NCBI GenBank assembly: GCA_963815195.1
Contig: CAWFGE010000004.1
Coordinates: 59,451 to 123,450 of the forward strand
Length of the DNA stretch: 64,000 nt
Direction: 5' to 3'
Source of the DNA: an uncultured Planctomycetaceae bacterium
GTDB taxonomy: Bacteria > Planctomycetota > Planctomycetia > Planctomycetales > Planctomycetaceae
The number at the start of each line of letters is the position of its first letter. Within the stretch, counting starts at the first letter, position 1. A program made the position numbers and the translations under genes. Of the stretch, positions 31,887 to 43,155 are shown in pieces. A model generated the notes under the pieces. The model was not told the origin of the DNA and did no database searches. It saw only the letters and a program-made list of their open reading frames with translations.

Positions 31887-32079
31887 ACCTCGCCGTACAG
31901 ATCCATTTGCAGATTCCCGGGGTTTTGGCTATTTGGCATTGGGATTTGTTTTGAAGCTCGAGGCTATGATTTTCTTCTAGTAATTGAGGCCAAACGCCGC
32001 GCCGTGGTCGATCCTGTAACTTCTAACCTCCAACTTCTATGCTCTAACCTCATTTCCTTTGCTCCTCCGCTGCCTTTCG

Positions 32080-33133
32080 TCAAGACGCGGCGGCCGGGGG
32101 AACGCGGTACAAATCGAGCAGCCGGATCGCGGTGTGGAAGACCTGGTCGGGGGAGAGCAACCGCATGCAGTCGTGATGGCCCAAGGGACAAACGCGCTGC
32201 TGGCAGGGGCCGCAGGGCATGTCGAGTTGCAGATGCACGGCTTTTTCGTAGGAGGTTTCGCTCCAGGCGATGTGCGTCGGGCCGAACAATGTCACCACCG
32301 GGACGCCGAACGGTGGAGCGAAATGCCTGGGTCCCGAATCGGTCGTAATCAACAGCTCGGCGGATTTGACGGCGGCTTTCGTCAAGCCGATGCCGGGCTC
32401 CACATGGGCCAGGCTGGTGACGAACGGATGCCGGGCGTCCCGCTCGATCTGCCGGGCCTGCTCGCGTTCGGCCGGTCCGCACAGAACGAGCACGGTCTTG
32501 TGCCGCGACTCAGCCAATCGGCGGGCGAGCTCCGCGAAATGCCCCGCGGGCCAATGCTTCGCGGCCCCGAAGGCTCCGCCGGGATTGAGGCAGATCACGC
32601 CCTGCGCGGCGAGGCGCGAATCCCGCGTCGCCCAGAACGCGTGGAGTCGCTCTTCGTCTTTGGGCAGCGTGACGAGTTCCATTCGCCGCGGGCGGTCGGC
32701 ACAACCCAGATGCTCCGCGAGCCGGAGGTATTCATCGAGCACCGGATGCGGCTCGGCTTTGGGTTTGGGCGTCACGCCGTCGGTCAAAAGCCAACCCCGC
32801 ATGTCCCGCCGAAATCCCACCCGCCGGCGGCGCTCCCGACAGGCTCGCCATCAAACCCGTTCGGAAAGAATTGGGGAGGAGCACCGCCATTCGGAATCTC
32901 TCATTGCGGAGCCGCTGGATGACTTTCCAGCACCGAAGCGACGGGTCTTTCCCGCGCGGATCGAACAGAATCGTGCGGTCGATGCTGCAAAGGCCCGCGA
33001 GCACGTCCGCCACGTAAGGCCGCATCACGCCCACGATTTCCTCATCGAGGAAATGCCGGCGGATCGCCCGCAGCGTCGGCGTGGCCATCACGGCATCGCC
33101 GATCCAGTTTGGCAAAAAGATCGCGATTTTCAT
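32080..33133 (-). CDS. waaF: ADP-heptose:LPS heptosyltransferase II (GT9); frameshift near 32830
   Basis: PNWIGDAVMA.P, LLPNSFR, LNPGGAFG.AKHWP, T.DSGP.H.A, LFGPT, C.PC....CP.GHH.CM. Confidence 0.85.
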
Positions 33134-34691
33134 CCGGCTTTGCGTTCGGAGGTTTGAGGATCAAGTGTCCCGCTCGAACTCGAGGGGTGCGGCAGCGTGT
33201 TCGGCTCTTCGCCGCGCAGCCGGCTCAGAATCGCCGTCGTGGAAATGCCCGGGACTTCGCCCAGCGGCTTGACCTGGCCGCCATACGCTTCCACCAATTC
33301 CCAACCGACAATTTCCTCGTGGGAGTACGTTCCGCCTTTGACCAACAGATCCGGCTTGAGCCGATCCAACAGAGCATGCGGCGTCGCTTCGTCGAAGACC
33401 ACCACATAATCCACCGCCTCCAAAGCCGCGAGCATCGCCGCCCGCTGCTTTTGATCGAAGATCGGCCGGTCCGGGGCTTTGCCCAACTTTCGGACGCTGT
33501 CGTCGCTGTTGATGGCGACGATCAAGCAATCGCCTTCGTCGGCCGCCTGCTGAAGATAACTCGCGTGGCCGATGTGCAGGACATCGAAACAGCCGTTGGT
33601 CAGCACAATCCGCTGATTGAGTTTCCGCCTCGCATCGACGTGCCGGGCCAACTCGTCGAGCGTGCAAATCTTTCCCGTCCGGCCGTGCTTGTGCGGATCG
33701 TGGGTGACGAGGTCGGTGAGAATCTCTTCCCGGCTGATCGAGACGACGCCAATTTGCTCGACTTCCAGCCCGCCTGCAACGTTTGCGAGCCGGGCGAGAT
33801 TTTCGGGTTCGACGCCCGCCGCGGCTCCCATGCCGATCATCGCGAGCACCATGTCGCCCGCGCCGGTGATGTCGTAAACTTCGCGTTTTCGCGTGGGGAA
33901 CATTTCGCTCGAGCCGCCCTTTTTCGTGAGGGCGATGCCGTCGCTGTCGAGCGTCACAAAGGCATATTCCAATTCCAACTGGCGCACAAAATCCGCCCCG
34001 CGGCGAAGGCGTCTTTGGGCGTTTGAATCTCGCGTCCCGTGGCCCGGCGGGTTTCCAGGCGGTTGGGCGTGACCGCGGTCGCTCCCACATAAGACCCGCA
34101 ATCGCCCGAGCCCGGCGGATCGACGATCACCGGCACGCCGCATTCCTTCGCGCGGGCGATGACCTTCTGGGCCACCTCGCGCGTGCAGACGCCTTTCGCG
34201 TAATCCGAAATCAGCACCGCCTGATAATCCTCAAGGCACGCGAGCACCGCGCTCAGCATGTCGTTCGCGAGGTCGCTGGAAATCGGCGTGCGGACTTCGC
34301 GATCGACGCGGAGCATCTGATGCGGATGCCGATGCTGCGCCCGCCCGAGGTAGCGCTGCTTCATCGTGGTCGGCCGATGCGAATCGCAGACGACGCCCGT
34401 GCAATCGACGCCTTGGCGTTCGAGTTCCAACCGCACCAGTCGGCCTTCGAGGTCTGTCCCGACGACGCCGGCCATTGTCACGTCGGCATCCAATCCGCGG
34501 AGCAGGTTCGCAACGTTCGCCGCCCCGCCGAGCCGGACTTCCTGCCGGTCTTCGCGGAGCAAAATCACCGGGGCCTCCTGGCTGATGCGCTCGGCATCGC
34601 CCCACACGTAGCGGTCGAGAATCAAATCCCCGATCACCAAAATCCGGGGCCGGCCCAGGTTTTGGACAATGTCAATCAGGTGCATAGACAT
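33130..34691 (-). CDS. hldE: Bifunctional heptose-7-phosphate kinase / heptose-1-phosphate adenylyltransferase; frameshift near 33985
   Basis: VIGD.ILDRY..G...RISQEAPV, GGAANVA, SDYAKG, DITGAGD, then TNGCFD.LHIGH, NSDDSV.KL.K...RP, LVKGG.Y, STT.I. Confidence 0.9.
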
Positions 34692-34753
34692 TGCGGACAA
34701 TCCTCTTTGTATTGAGGCCACAAAGGCCGCAGAGTCCCAGGGAGACAGGATTT

Positions 34754-34819
34754 GTGAGCGGCAAGGCGCTAGCCGCCGGTATGATGTGCAAGACCGGCGG
34801 CTCGCGCCTTGCCGCTCAC
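34754..34819. repeat. REP doublet hairpin (27-bp arms)
   Basis: GTGAGCGGCAAGGCGCTAGCCGCCGGT (34754-34780) with near-perfect reverse complement at 34793-34819; related single arm at ~38398. Confidence 0.75.
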
Positions 34820-35010
34820 TGGCTTACATCATTGACAATTTCGCATCCATGAAACGAAGCCGCGAATGATGGCAAGCGGGGCGAAATCGGTCAATCCCGA
34901 AATCGGCTCTTTCGCCGGATGCCGATTTCGCTAAAATCCCGGCGAATCGGAGCCGCTCATGAAGCATCAGATCAACATCGGAATCCTCGCGACAGTGATT
35001 CTCAGCGGTT

Positions 35011-35150
35011 GGGTGGCTGGGGCGCAATTATGCCTTTGACTAAGTTTGAATCGCGAATGCTGGGGCTGTGGACAAACCATAAAAAGATCACACGGCCCCA
35101 GCACGCACAGCCCGACTGACTCGGCCAATGGTTTTGCGCCCCAGCCACCC
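35011..35150. repeat. Nested inverted repeats (REPIN-like)
   Basis: GGGTGGCTGGGGCGCAA (35011-35027) / TTGCGCCCCAGCCACCC (35134-35150) enclosing a second hairpin at 35058-35103. Confidence 0.65.
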
Positions 35151-35208
35151 CGCAATCCCTCGCATTTGTCCGTTGTCCTCGGAAACTTGAGATTTGAAGG
35201 GACGAACC

Positions 35209-38200
35209 GTGCGGCAATCTCTATCCTCCATCCTCCATCCTCCAACCTCACGCTTGATCCTGTTGATGTTCGCGTTCATTGCGAGCGGCGGCATCGCGAA
35301 CGCCCAGGCGCTGCCCGTGCAGGAAGACGCTGCGCTTCATGACGTGCAGTTCGTCGGCGGGAAGATCGGGTGGGCGGTGGGCGATCATGGGGTGATCTGG
35401 CACACGGACAACGGCGGCCAGACGTGGGAGTTCATCGCCTCGCCTGTCGATTGCCCGCTCAGGAGCATTTGTTTCCTCACCGACCGCGTGGGCTGGATCG
35501 CCGGCGGCGGCACGACGCCTCACACCCGCTTGAGCTACGGCGTCGTGCTGTTCACCGACGACGGCGGCAAGTCCTGGCAACTTTTGGCCCGCGACACCGT
35601 GCCCACCTTGACCTACATTCACTTCTTCGGATTGCAAGAAGGCGTCGCCGTCGGGGAAGCAACACAGGAGCATCCCACCGGCGTGCTCATCACCAAAGAT
35701 GGCGGCAAAACCTGGCTGCCGACCCCCGGCGAACGCCACTCCGGCTGGCGAACGGCGGAGTTTCTCGAACCTGAAGTCGGCGTCGTCGCCGGGCTTCGCG
35801 GGCAGGTGAAACTCGTCGGCGGCGGGCAAATGCTCGCGTCGCAATCGGGAACCGACGGCCTCAGGAACATCCACGCCGTCCGCGTGAACCGCGACGATGC
35901 CGGCTGGCTCGCGGGCGACGGCGGGCTGTTGATGCAAACCGACAACGGCGGCGTATCCTGGCATCCGCCCGCCGGCCAGTTGCCTCAAACCGCCCAAAGC
36001 ACGATCGACTTCCGAGCCCTCGCCAACCAGGGCACGCACGTCTGGGTCGCGGGAAATCCCGGCAGCGTGGTTTGGCATTCGCCGGACAACGGCCGGAGCT
36101 GGCAGAAACAGTTCACCGGGCAGCCGCTGCCCATTTCCGCGATGACGTTCACCTCCGAAACCACGGGTTGGGCGGTCGGGGCGATGGGGCTGATGCTCTG
36201 GACCGGCGACGGCGGCCAGACTTGGCGGACGATTCGCGGCGAGCACCGCCGGGCCGCTTTGATGATTCTCTCCGCCCGGCCCTCGGGTGTTCCGTTTGCG
36301 CTGTTGACCAAGCTCAGCGGCGATGAAGGTTACCGCAGCGCCGTGTATCTTCCCGCCCGCCGGGATCTCGGTGCGGACGCCGCGGACTTCGCGAGTCTCG
36401 ATCTGCAATTGTCGGAAGCTGTCGCTGATGTGGGCGGTTCGTTCGCCGAAACCAGTTGGCAACTGCCGCTGGTGGTGCCGGGCCTGGAAAAGAATTCCGA
36501 ACGCCTGCTCGCCGACTGGAACGCGCGAACGGAAAACAAATTTGCGAATGTCTTTCTCGGAGATTTGGTCGAGCAGCTTCCGCACGTGGCGGCCGGATGT
36601 GATCGTGCTCGATGATTGCCCGAAAGACGATGCCCTCACCAAACTCCTCCATGAGGCGATCACCCGCGCGGTGGAACAAGCCGCCGATCCCACGCAGTAC
36701 ATCGCCCAGCAGGAACAAGCGGGCCTCCGGCCGTGGCAAGTCCGGAAAATCTACCAACAACTCCCCGCGGGCAGCGTGGGGGAGACACATCTCGATCTGC
36801 ACGAATACCTGCCCCGCCTGAAAACCTCACTGCAAACCGCGAGCACCTCGGCCCGCGCGAGATTGCTTTCCGTCAAAGCCACGATCCCCACTCGCGAAGC
36901 CTACCGTCTGGTTTTCGATCACGCTCAAAAGGAGAACACTCAAACTCTTCAAGGGAATTTCTTTGCGGGGCTGGCGATTCCGCCCGGTTCGCCGGCCCGC
37001 CGGGTGTTGTTGCCGATCGATCCCCAAAACGATGCCGAGCGCCGGGCGGTTATGGAACGGCAGCGAAACTTTCACGCCTACACCGAGCGGATGATGCAGG
37101 ACCCCCGGCATGCCTCGCAGGTCATTGCCCAGCTTCGCCAGGTCACCGCGGGCATGACGAAAGCGGGAAGCCGCGCTCGAACTGGCCCGGCTCGCGGAGG
37201 ATTACCGCCGGCAGTCGCGGTGGGATCTCGTGGAATCCACCTTGGTGGAACTCGTCGAGCAATATCCCCACGAACCCGTGGCCCAGGATGCGATGCGCTG
37301 GCTGTTTCAGCTTTGGACCGCGGCCGAACCCGCCTGGCAGCGTTCCCGGAAGGATTCGGTCACGCGGCAAACGTTTCAATCCGATCCGCAGGCCATCCAG
37401 GACCAGATCAACAATGCCCTCGCGAAAGCCGCCTCGCCGCAAATCCAACTCGCGGAATACCAACAGCCGGCGACGGGCCCCGATCCCGCGCAGTTCATCG
37501 CCAGCGCCGGAAGCGTGAAAATCACCAAGGAAAAGGATTGGCGGACGGGCGTCGTCGCGAACTGGCAACAGCAAGCGGTGCAGATGGCGGCGTTGATCCG
37601 CCAGGCATCGCCGCCGCTGTTTTTAGAGCCGGAAGTTCAATTTCCGCTCGCGACCTTGATGAGGCAGCGCGGCGTGTATCGGCTCTCCGACAGCTACTAC
37701 CGCCGGTTCCAGCGCCTGGGCGATGACGACGCGTGGAAAACCGCCGCCAGCGGGGAGTTGTGGCTGACGAACCCGCTCGCGGCACCGCCCAAGCCGATCG
37801 TGTCCTGCCACGTCACCAAGCAGCGGCCGCATCTGGACGGCATCCTTGCCGAGCCCTGTTGGCAGGCCGCGAAGATCCTGCCGCTCAAGAACCCCAAGCC
37901 CGAATCGCAAACCCTCGGTTCGCCGACCGCGGACGACGGCTTCATCATGTTCTGCCACGACCGGGAATTTCTTTACATCGCGGCGAGCCTGCCCCGTGCG
38001 GAGCATGTTCCCGCGGATGGCGTCAAGCTCGGCGGCCGCACGCACGATGCGGACTTGTTGCTGTTCGATCGCTTGGCGCTCGCGATCGATGTGGATCGCG
38101 ACTACGCCGCCTGGTACACCCTGGAAGTCGACCAGCGCGGCTGGACGCGGGACAAATGCTGGGACGATCTGGGCTGGAATCCCCAGTGGTACGTCGCGGC

Positions 38201-38396
38201 CGAGGCTGACGAAAAACGCTGGCGAATCGAAGCGGCGATCCCCTTCAAAGAACTGGTTCCCGAACCGCCCGGCGTGGGCATGACCTGGGGCCTCGGCATC
38301 GTCCGCACGATGCCCGCCGTGGGCGTCCAAGGCTGGCCCGAAGCCGCCGGCTCCAAACCCCGCCCCGAATCCTTCGGCCTGCTGCGGTTTGAATAA
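35209..38396 (+). CDS. Secreted YCF48/BNR-repeat protein with C-terminal carbohydrate-binding-like domain; frameshifts near 36580 and 37170
   Basis: Repeated GWAVG..G.I..T.DGG.TW, R.WRPDVIV, and C-terminal P.LDG.L.E.CW, HD.EFLYIA, W.IEAAIP across three frames. Confidence 0.8.
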
Positions 38397-38464
38397 AGTG
38401 AGCGGCTGGGCGCTAGCCGCCGGTAAACCCGTAGGGCAGGCTCCGCCGGCCTTGACTCCTCAGA

Positions 38465-41400
38465 TCACCGCGGCATGAACATCTCGTCGAGATTCAACAG
38501 CACGTTGCCCAGCATCGCCCAGGCGGCGTATTCATCCGGCTTGGCGTCTTTGGGCAAAGGACCCAATGGGTCGGTGGCCATCTTCTCGGCGAGCTTCGGG
38601 GCGGCGGCGTAGCGTTTTAATGCCGTCTGATAGAGCCTCTGTAATCGCTCGGCTTCTTTCTCCGACGGCGGGCGGGCGACGCAGAGTTGGAAACCGTAGC
38701 GGATCTTCTCTTCTAAACTTCCCTCCGCGGCGGCCATGCGTCGGCCCAGGGCTTGGGCGGCTTCGACGTAGACGGGATCGTTCAAAGTCACGAGGGCCTG
38801 GAGCGGCGTGTTGGTGCGGTCGCGTTTGAGCGTGCACACCTCGCGGTTGGGGGCGTCGAACGCGGCCATCGATGGATACGGATTCGACCGCCGCCACATC
38901 GTGTAAAGGCCCCGGCGATATTTGTCGTCGCCGGCGCTCGTTTGCCAGTCGATCCCGCTGCCGAACGCGGCACTCACGCCCAGCTTGGGTTGCGGCGGCT
39001 TGACCGGCGGGCCGTACATCTTCGGGCTAAGCAGTCCCGAGACATCGAGGGCCTGGTCGCGGACCATCTCCGCCGACATCCGAAACCGCGGCCCCCGCGC
39101 GAGCAGGCGGTTGTCAGGATCCTTTTGTAAAAGCTCCGGCGTCACGCGGGCCGACTGTTGGTAAGCCGCGGATGTCACCAGCAGCTTGATGAACTGCTTC
39201 ATGTCCCAGCCGTTTCGGACGAGTTCGGTCGCCAGCCAATCGAGCAGTTCGGGATGCGAAGGCAGTTCGCCTTGGGAGCCGAATTCTTCGCTGGTTTCGA
39301 CGAGGCCGATGCCGAAGATTTTTTCCCAATAGCGGTTGGCGATCACGCGGGCGGTGAGCGGGTTGTCTTCATCGACGAGCCAGTGGGCCAAGGTGAGCCG
39401 ATTTTTCGGGGCCTCTTCAGGCAGCGGAGGAAACACCGCCGGCACGCCTTCCGTCACTTGTTTTCCGGTGATGAGATAATTCCCGCGCTCCTGCATCTTC
39501 GTGACCCGCCGATTCGCGGCCGGTTGTTCGCGCAGGATGGGCACGGTGGTCGTCGGCTTTTGCTCGGCGAGCTGCTTTTTGAGCTGGGCGAGTGTTTTCC
39601 GCTCGGCTTCCAACTGGGGCGTCATCGCCAGGAACTGCCGGGCGAGTTCCGCTTGTTGTTGATCGCTGCGTTTCTCCGGCGGAGTCTTGAGAATCGCCAA
39701 TACAGACGCCGGTACACGGGCCAGTTCGGATGCGCGGGGATCCGCGGTCACATCCACGCGAAAATGTCCCAAGGTGTGATTTGCGGAGTTCGATTTCTGC
39801 TCGATGGTGAGCACCAACTGGAAACCGGCTTTGATGACGAGGGGCGAACCCGGCAACAGCGTTAATTCATGTGGCTTGCCGAAATGTGGAGCAATCGCCC
39901 AGCCGCGGGCGTTTTTATCGGGTTTGGCTTGGATGACATCGGCCGCGTTAAAGCCCGATTGCGTGAAGTCCGCGATGGCTGCGGAGAATGTTATCGGCTT
40001 GATGCCTTGCATCGAAAACGCCGCGCTCGGATTGGGCGGCATCGCGACGGTCTGTTCCCAGACCGGTTTTTGTTTCTCATCGAGGACCGCGATGCGGAAA
40101 TCTTTCAAGCGGCTGCCGACGTTGCCGTCGGTGCGATTCCAAATCACGAGGCGTTCCAAAGGCCTTACCGATCCTAGATCCACTTGCCACCAGGGATTTT
40201 TGGAGACGGCCGTGTGCGTGGTGGACTTGGCTTGGAAATAGTCCCCATTCGTGTTGCCGTCGATCGCCAGCTTCGCGGGGCCTTCGTAATCGGTGCTGCT
40301 TTGGGTGGCTGTGCCGGCGGCGGCGACGTTCTTGCCGCCGACGAACACTTGCACTTCGGCCAAAGAGAGGATTTTCTGATCGCCGGGAATCTCAATCCGC
40401 ACATACCGCCCTTCGGTCGCGGCATTCTCCGGCGGAACCACCGAGGCCTCGAATTTGGAAATGACAAAGTTTCCGTTTGCGTGCCCCGGTCCTTTCGCGG
40501 GCAGGTTTTCGTGCGGCAATGCTTCGAGCTTGATCGCCGAGAGCGAAACATCCTCCGCGAAGGGCAACTGCACTTTATAGCGGTCCGCGCCGCGGCGGAC
40601 TCGACGAACACCGCACCGTCTTCCAAAATTCTCGCAGGCGTTTTCGATTCCGTTTGCACTTCCGAAGGCCGAACTGTTTTCCACGCGAGCGGCTCTTGCA
40701 GTCGGCTTTCCCATTTTGCCTGAGCGGTTTTAAGTTCGGGGGTGAGTGTCTTCAACTTTTCTTCGAGAGCTGCGATCTCGGTTTGCCAGCCGGCTGTTTG
40801 CTTTTTTTGCTCCGGCGTATAGATTTCGAGGAGCGGGCTTTCGTCCCGGCGGTCTGCGTCTCCCGTGTTATTAAAGAACGCGAAGAACCGGAAATACTCT
40901 TCCTGCGTGATCGGGTCGTACTTGTGGCTGTGGCATTGGGCGCAGGCGATCGTCGTGCCCATCCACACGGCCATCGTCGTGTTCACCCGGTCCACGATGG
41001 CGACGTTGCGGAACTCCTCGTCGTTGGTGCCGCCTTCGTTGTTCGTCAATGTGTTCCGATGAAACGCCGTCGCGATGAGTTGTTCGTTCGTGGGGTCGGG
41101 CAGCAGATCGCCCGCGATCTGTTCGATGGTAAATTGATCGAAGGGCTTGTTGGCGTTCAGCGAGCGAATCACATAATCGCGGTAGGCCCAGATCGTGCGG
41201 GGCGGATCGTCCGCATAGCCCGCGGAGTCGGCATAGCGGGCAAGATCCAGCCACATCCTCGCCCAATGCTCGCCGAAACTTTCCTTGGCCAACAGCCGAT
41301 CCACCAACTGCTCGTAAGCATCGGGGCGTTTGTCGTTGACGAATTCCTCGACCTCGGCGAGCGTGGGCGGCAAACCGGTGAGGTCCAGCGACAACCGCCG

Positions 41401-41946
41401 AACCAAGGTGGACTTATCCGCGCGAGGCGACGGCCGGAGACCTTCCTGTTCCAACCGGGCCAGGAGGAAACGATCGATTTCATTCCGCGGCCAGGCGGTG
41501 TCTTTCACCGTGGGCAATGCCGGCCGCTTGGGTTTGACGTAGGACCAATGCTTTGCATAGTTCGCCCCTTCGCGGATCCAGCGTTTGAGGAGTTCGATCT
41601 CCCGCGGGCTCAGTTTTTTCCCGCTTTCGGGCGGCGGCATTTTTTCGCTCGCGTCCGCGGTTTCCACCCGGCGGACGAGTTCGCTTTCGCCCGGCTTGCC
41701 GCGCACGATTACGGTGTATCCGCCGAGATCCTCAAACGCCCCGGCTTCGTTGTCGAGCCTGAGCCCGTCCGTCCCGCCCTGGCGTTCGGATTTGTCCGGG
41801 CCGTGGCATTTGAAGCATTTGTTGGAGAGGATCGGCCGGATGTCGCGGGTAAAATCGACGGGCTTCGCGGGTTCGGCCGCAATCGCCGCGGACCCCATCA
41901 CACAAAGTGACCCAACAACCAAAACCTGAAACACGCGCTGCCGCAT
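38465..41946 (-). CDS. PSCyt1 + DUF1549 + discoidin/fucolectin-like + DUF1553 protein; frameshift near 40590
   Basis: VDF.RDIRPILS..CFKCHGPD, GEHWAR.WLDLARYADS, CAQCH.HKYDP, A..AIDGNT.G...THT....PWWQVDLG, NPLTARV.ANRYW, TNTPLQAL..LND. Confidence 0.88.
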
Positions 41947-42090
41947 GCCCGTCTCTCCTGTGAATCGTATTGGAAAATACTTTCCTTTAGATTACAGAAG
42001 TTTCGCGGCTCCGCCAACGCCCAGGCGAGCGGCCGGCGTCAGCCGGCTGATTTCTCACGAGCCGTCAAGTGAGCTTTCCTAGCGAAATCG

Positions 42091-42810
42091 CTATTTCATA
42101 ACACGCAGTGTTTGTTCCAGCCCAATCCAGGCCGTCCGCCGAATCAGCCGCGCAATCTTTTGGCGATAACCCGCGGCGCGATTGAACTTCTTTGCCAAAT
42201 CCCGCCCGGCGCCCACGATAATGTGGCCGACCAGTTCTTGCGATCGCCAGGATTCATCCCGCTCCGCGACGGCCGCCGACTGCGGATGCGTCCCGCGCTC
42301 GGCCACGGCGGGAAGTTCGATGTGCTTGCCCCGCTCGGCGACGGCGGAAATTTTCACCTCGTCGCTCGATTGCACGCGGACGAAATACCAACGGTGCTCT
42401 TCATCTTCCGATTGATAGATGTCCCGCGTGATGAAAATCGGCTCGGCTTGGTAATAGCTCGTCAGGTCATCGAGCGTCAGCGTCAGATGTCGGACTGTTC
42501 CCGTATTATTCACCACGCGGTATTCGCCGGGAACCAAACCTTCGGGCAACGGCATGTCCACGCCGCCGAACATCCACAAATCGTCCATCGGAATTTCCGC
42601 CGGCTGCCGATCTTCTTCGGTCACGATCGAGACCGGCCGCAATGGCGAACCGTTTGCGATCACCGCAGGATGCGATTCGCGGTGTTTCGGCAATGCGGAA
42701 ACGGAGCGGTTCGGCCGGGATTGGTCGTGAGTCCAGATCATGGCGAACAGTCCCGTGACCAAAACCAAGAGCGTAATTCGAAAAGTCATCGCGGCAGCTT
42801 CCACAGGCAA
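42091..42810 (-). CDS. Hypothetical membrane-anchored protein
   Basis: N-terminal TM, PLPEGLVPGEYRVVN..G and RWYFVR, three AVAER repeats. Confidence 0.6.
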   Translation of the reverse strand: MPVEAAAMTFRITLLVLVTGLFAMIWTHDQSRPNRSVSALPKHRESHPAVIANGSPLRPVSIVTEEDRQPAEIPMDDLWMFGGVDMPLPEGLVPGEYRVVNNTGTVRHLTLTLDDLTSYYQAEPIFITRDIYQSEDEEHRWYFVRVQSSDEVKISAVAERGKHIELPAVAERGTHPQSAAVAERDESWRSQELVGHIIVGAGRDLAKKFNRAAGYRQKIARLIRRTAWIGLEQTLRVMK

Positions 42811-43155
42811 AGGGTGAAGATTCGTAGCGGCGGCCTCCAGCCACTGGGGAAGGTGAACGGTGGCCGGAGGTCCCGCTACGAGAAACGCGGCTCAGTCGAT
42901 TGAGGGTGCGGTCCCGCAAACTCTTATCGGGAAATGGCAAACGCGGGCGGGTGGGAAATCCACGAAGAATCAGGCAGTCCGGGCAAGCCGGTGGGATTGC
43001 GCGGAAACCGCGCATCGAGCCGATTGCATCGCATTCCTTGACATCCGCCCTCGATGTGATGATCCTAAAGCATTAGGAAATTTTGATCCCGCCCCGGACA
43101 TCCCCAACCACAATCCCGCCCTGCTCTTCCGGTTTTTTCGACAGGAACGCTTCCC

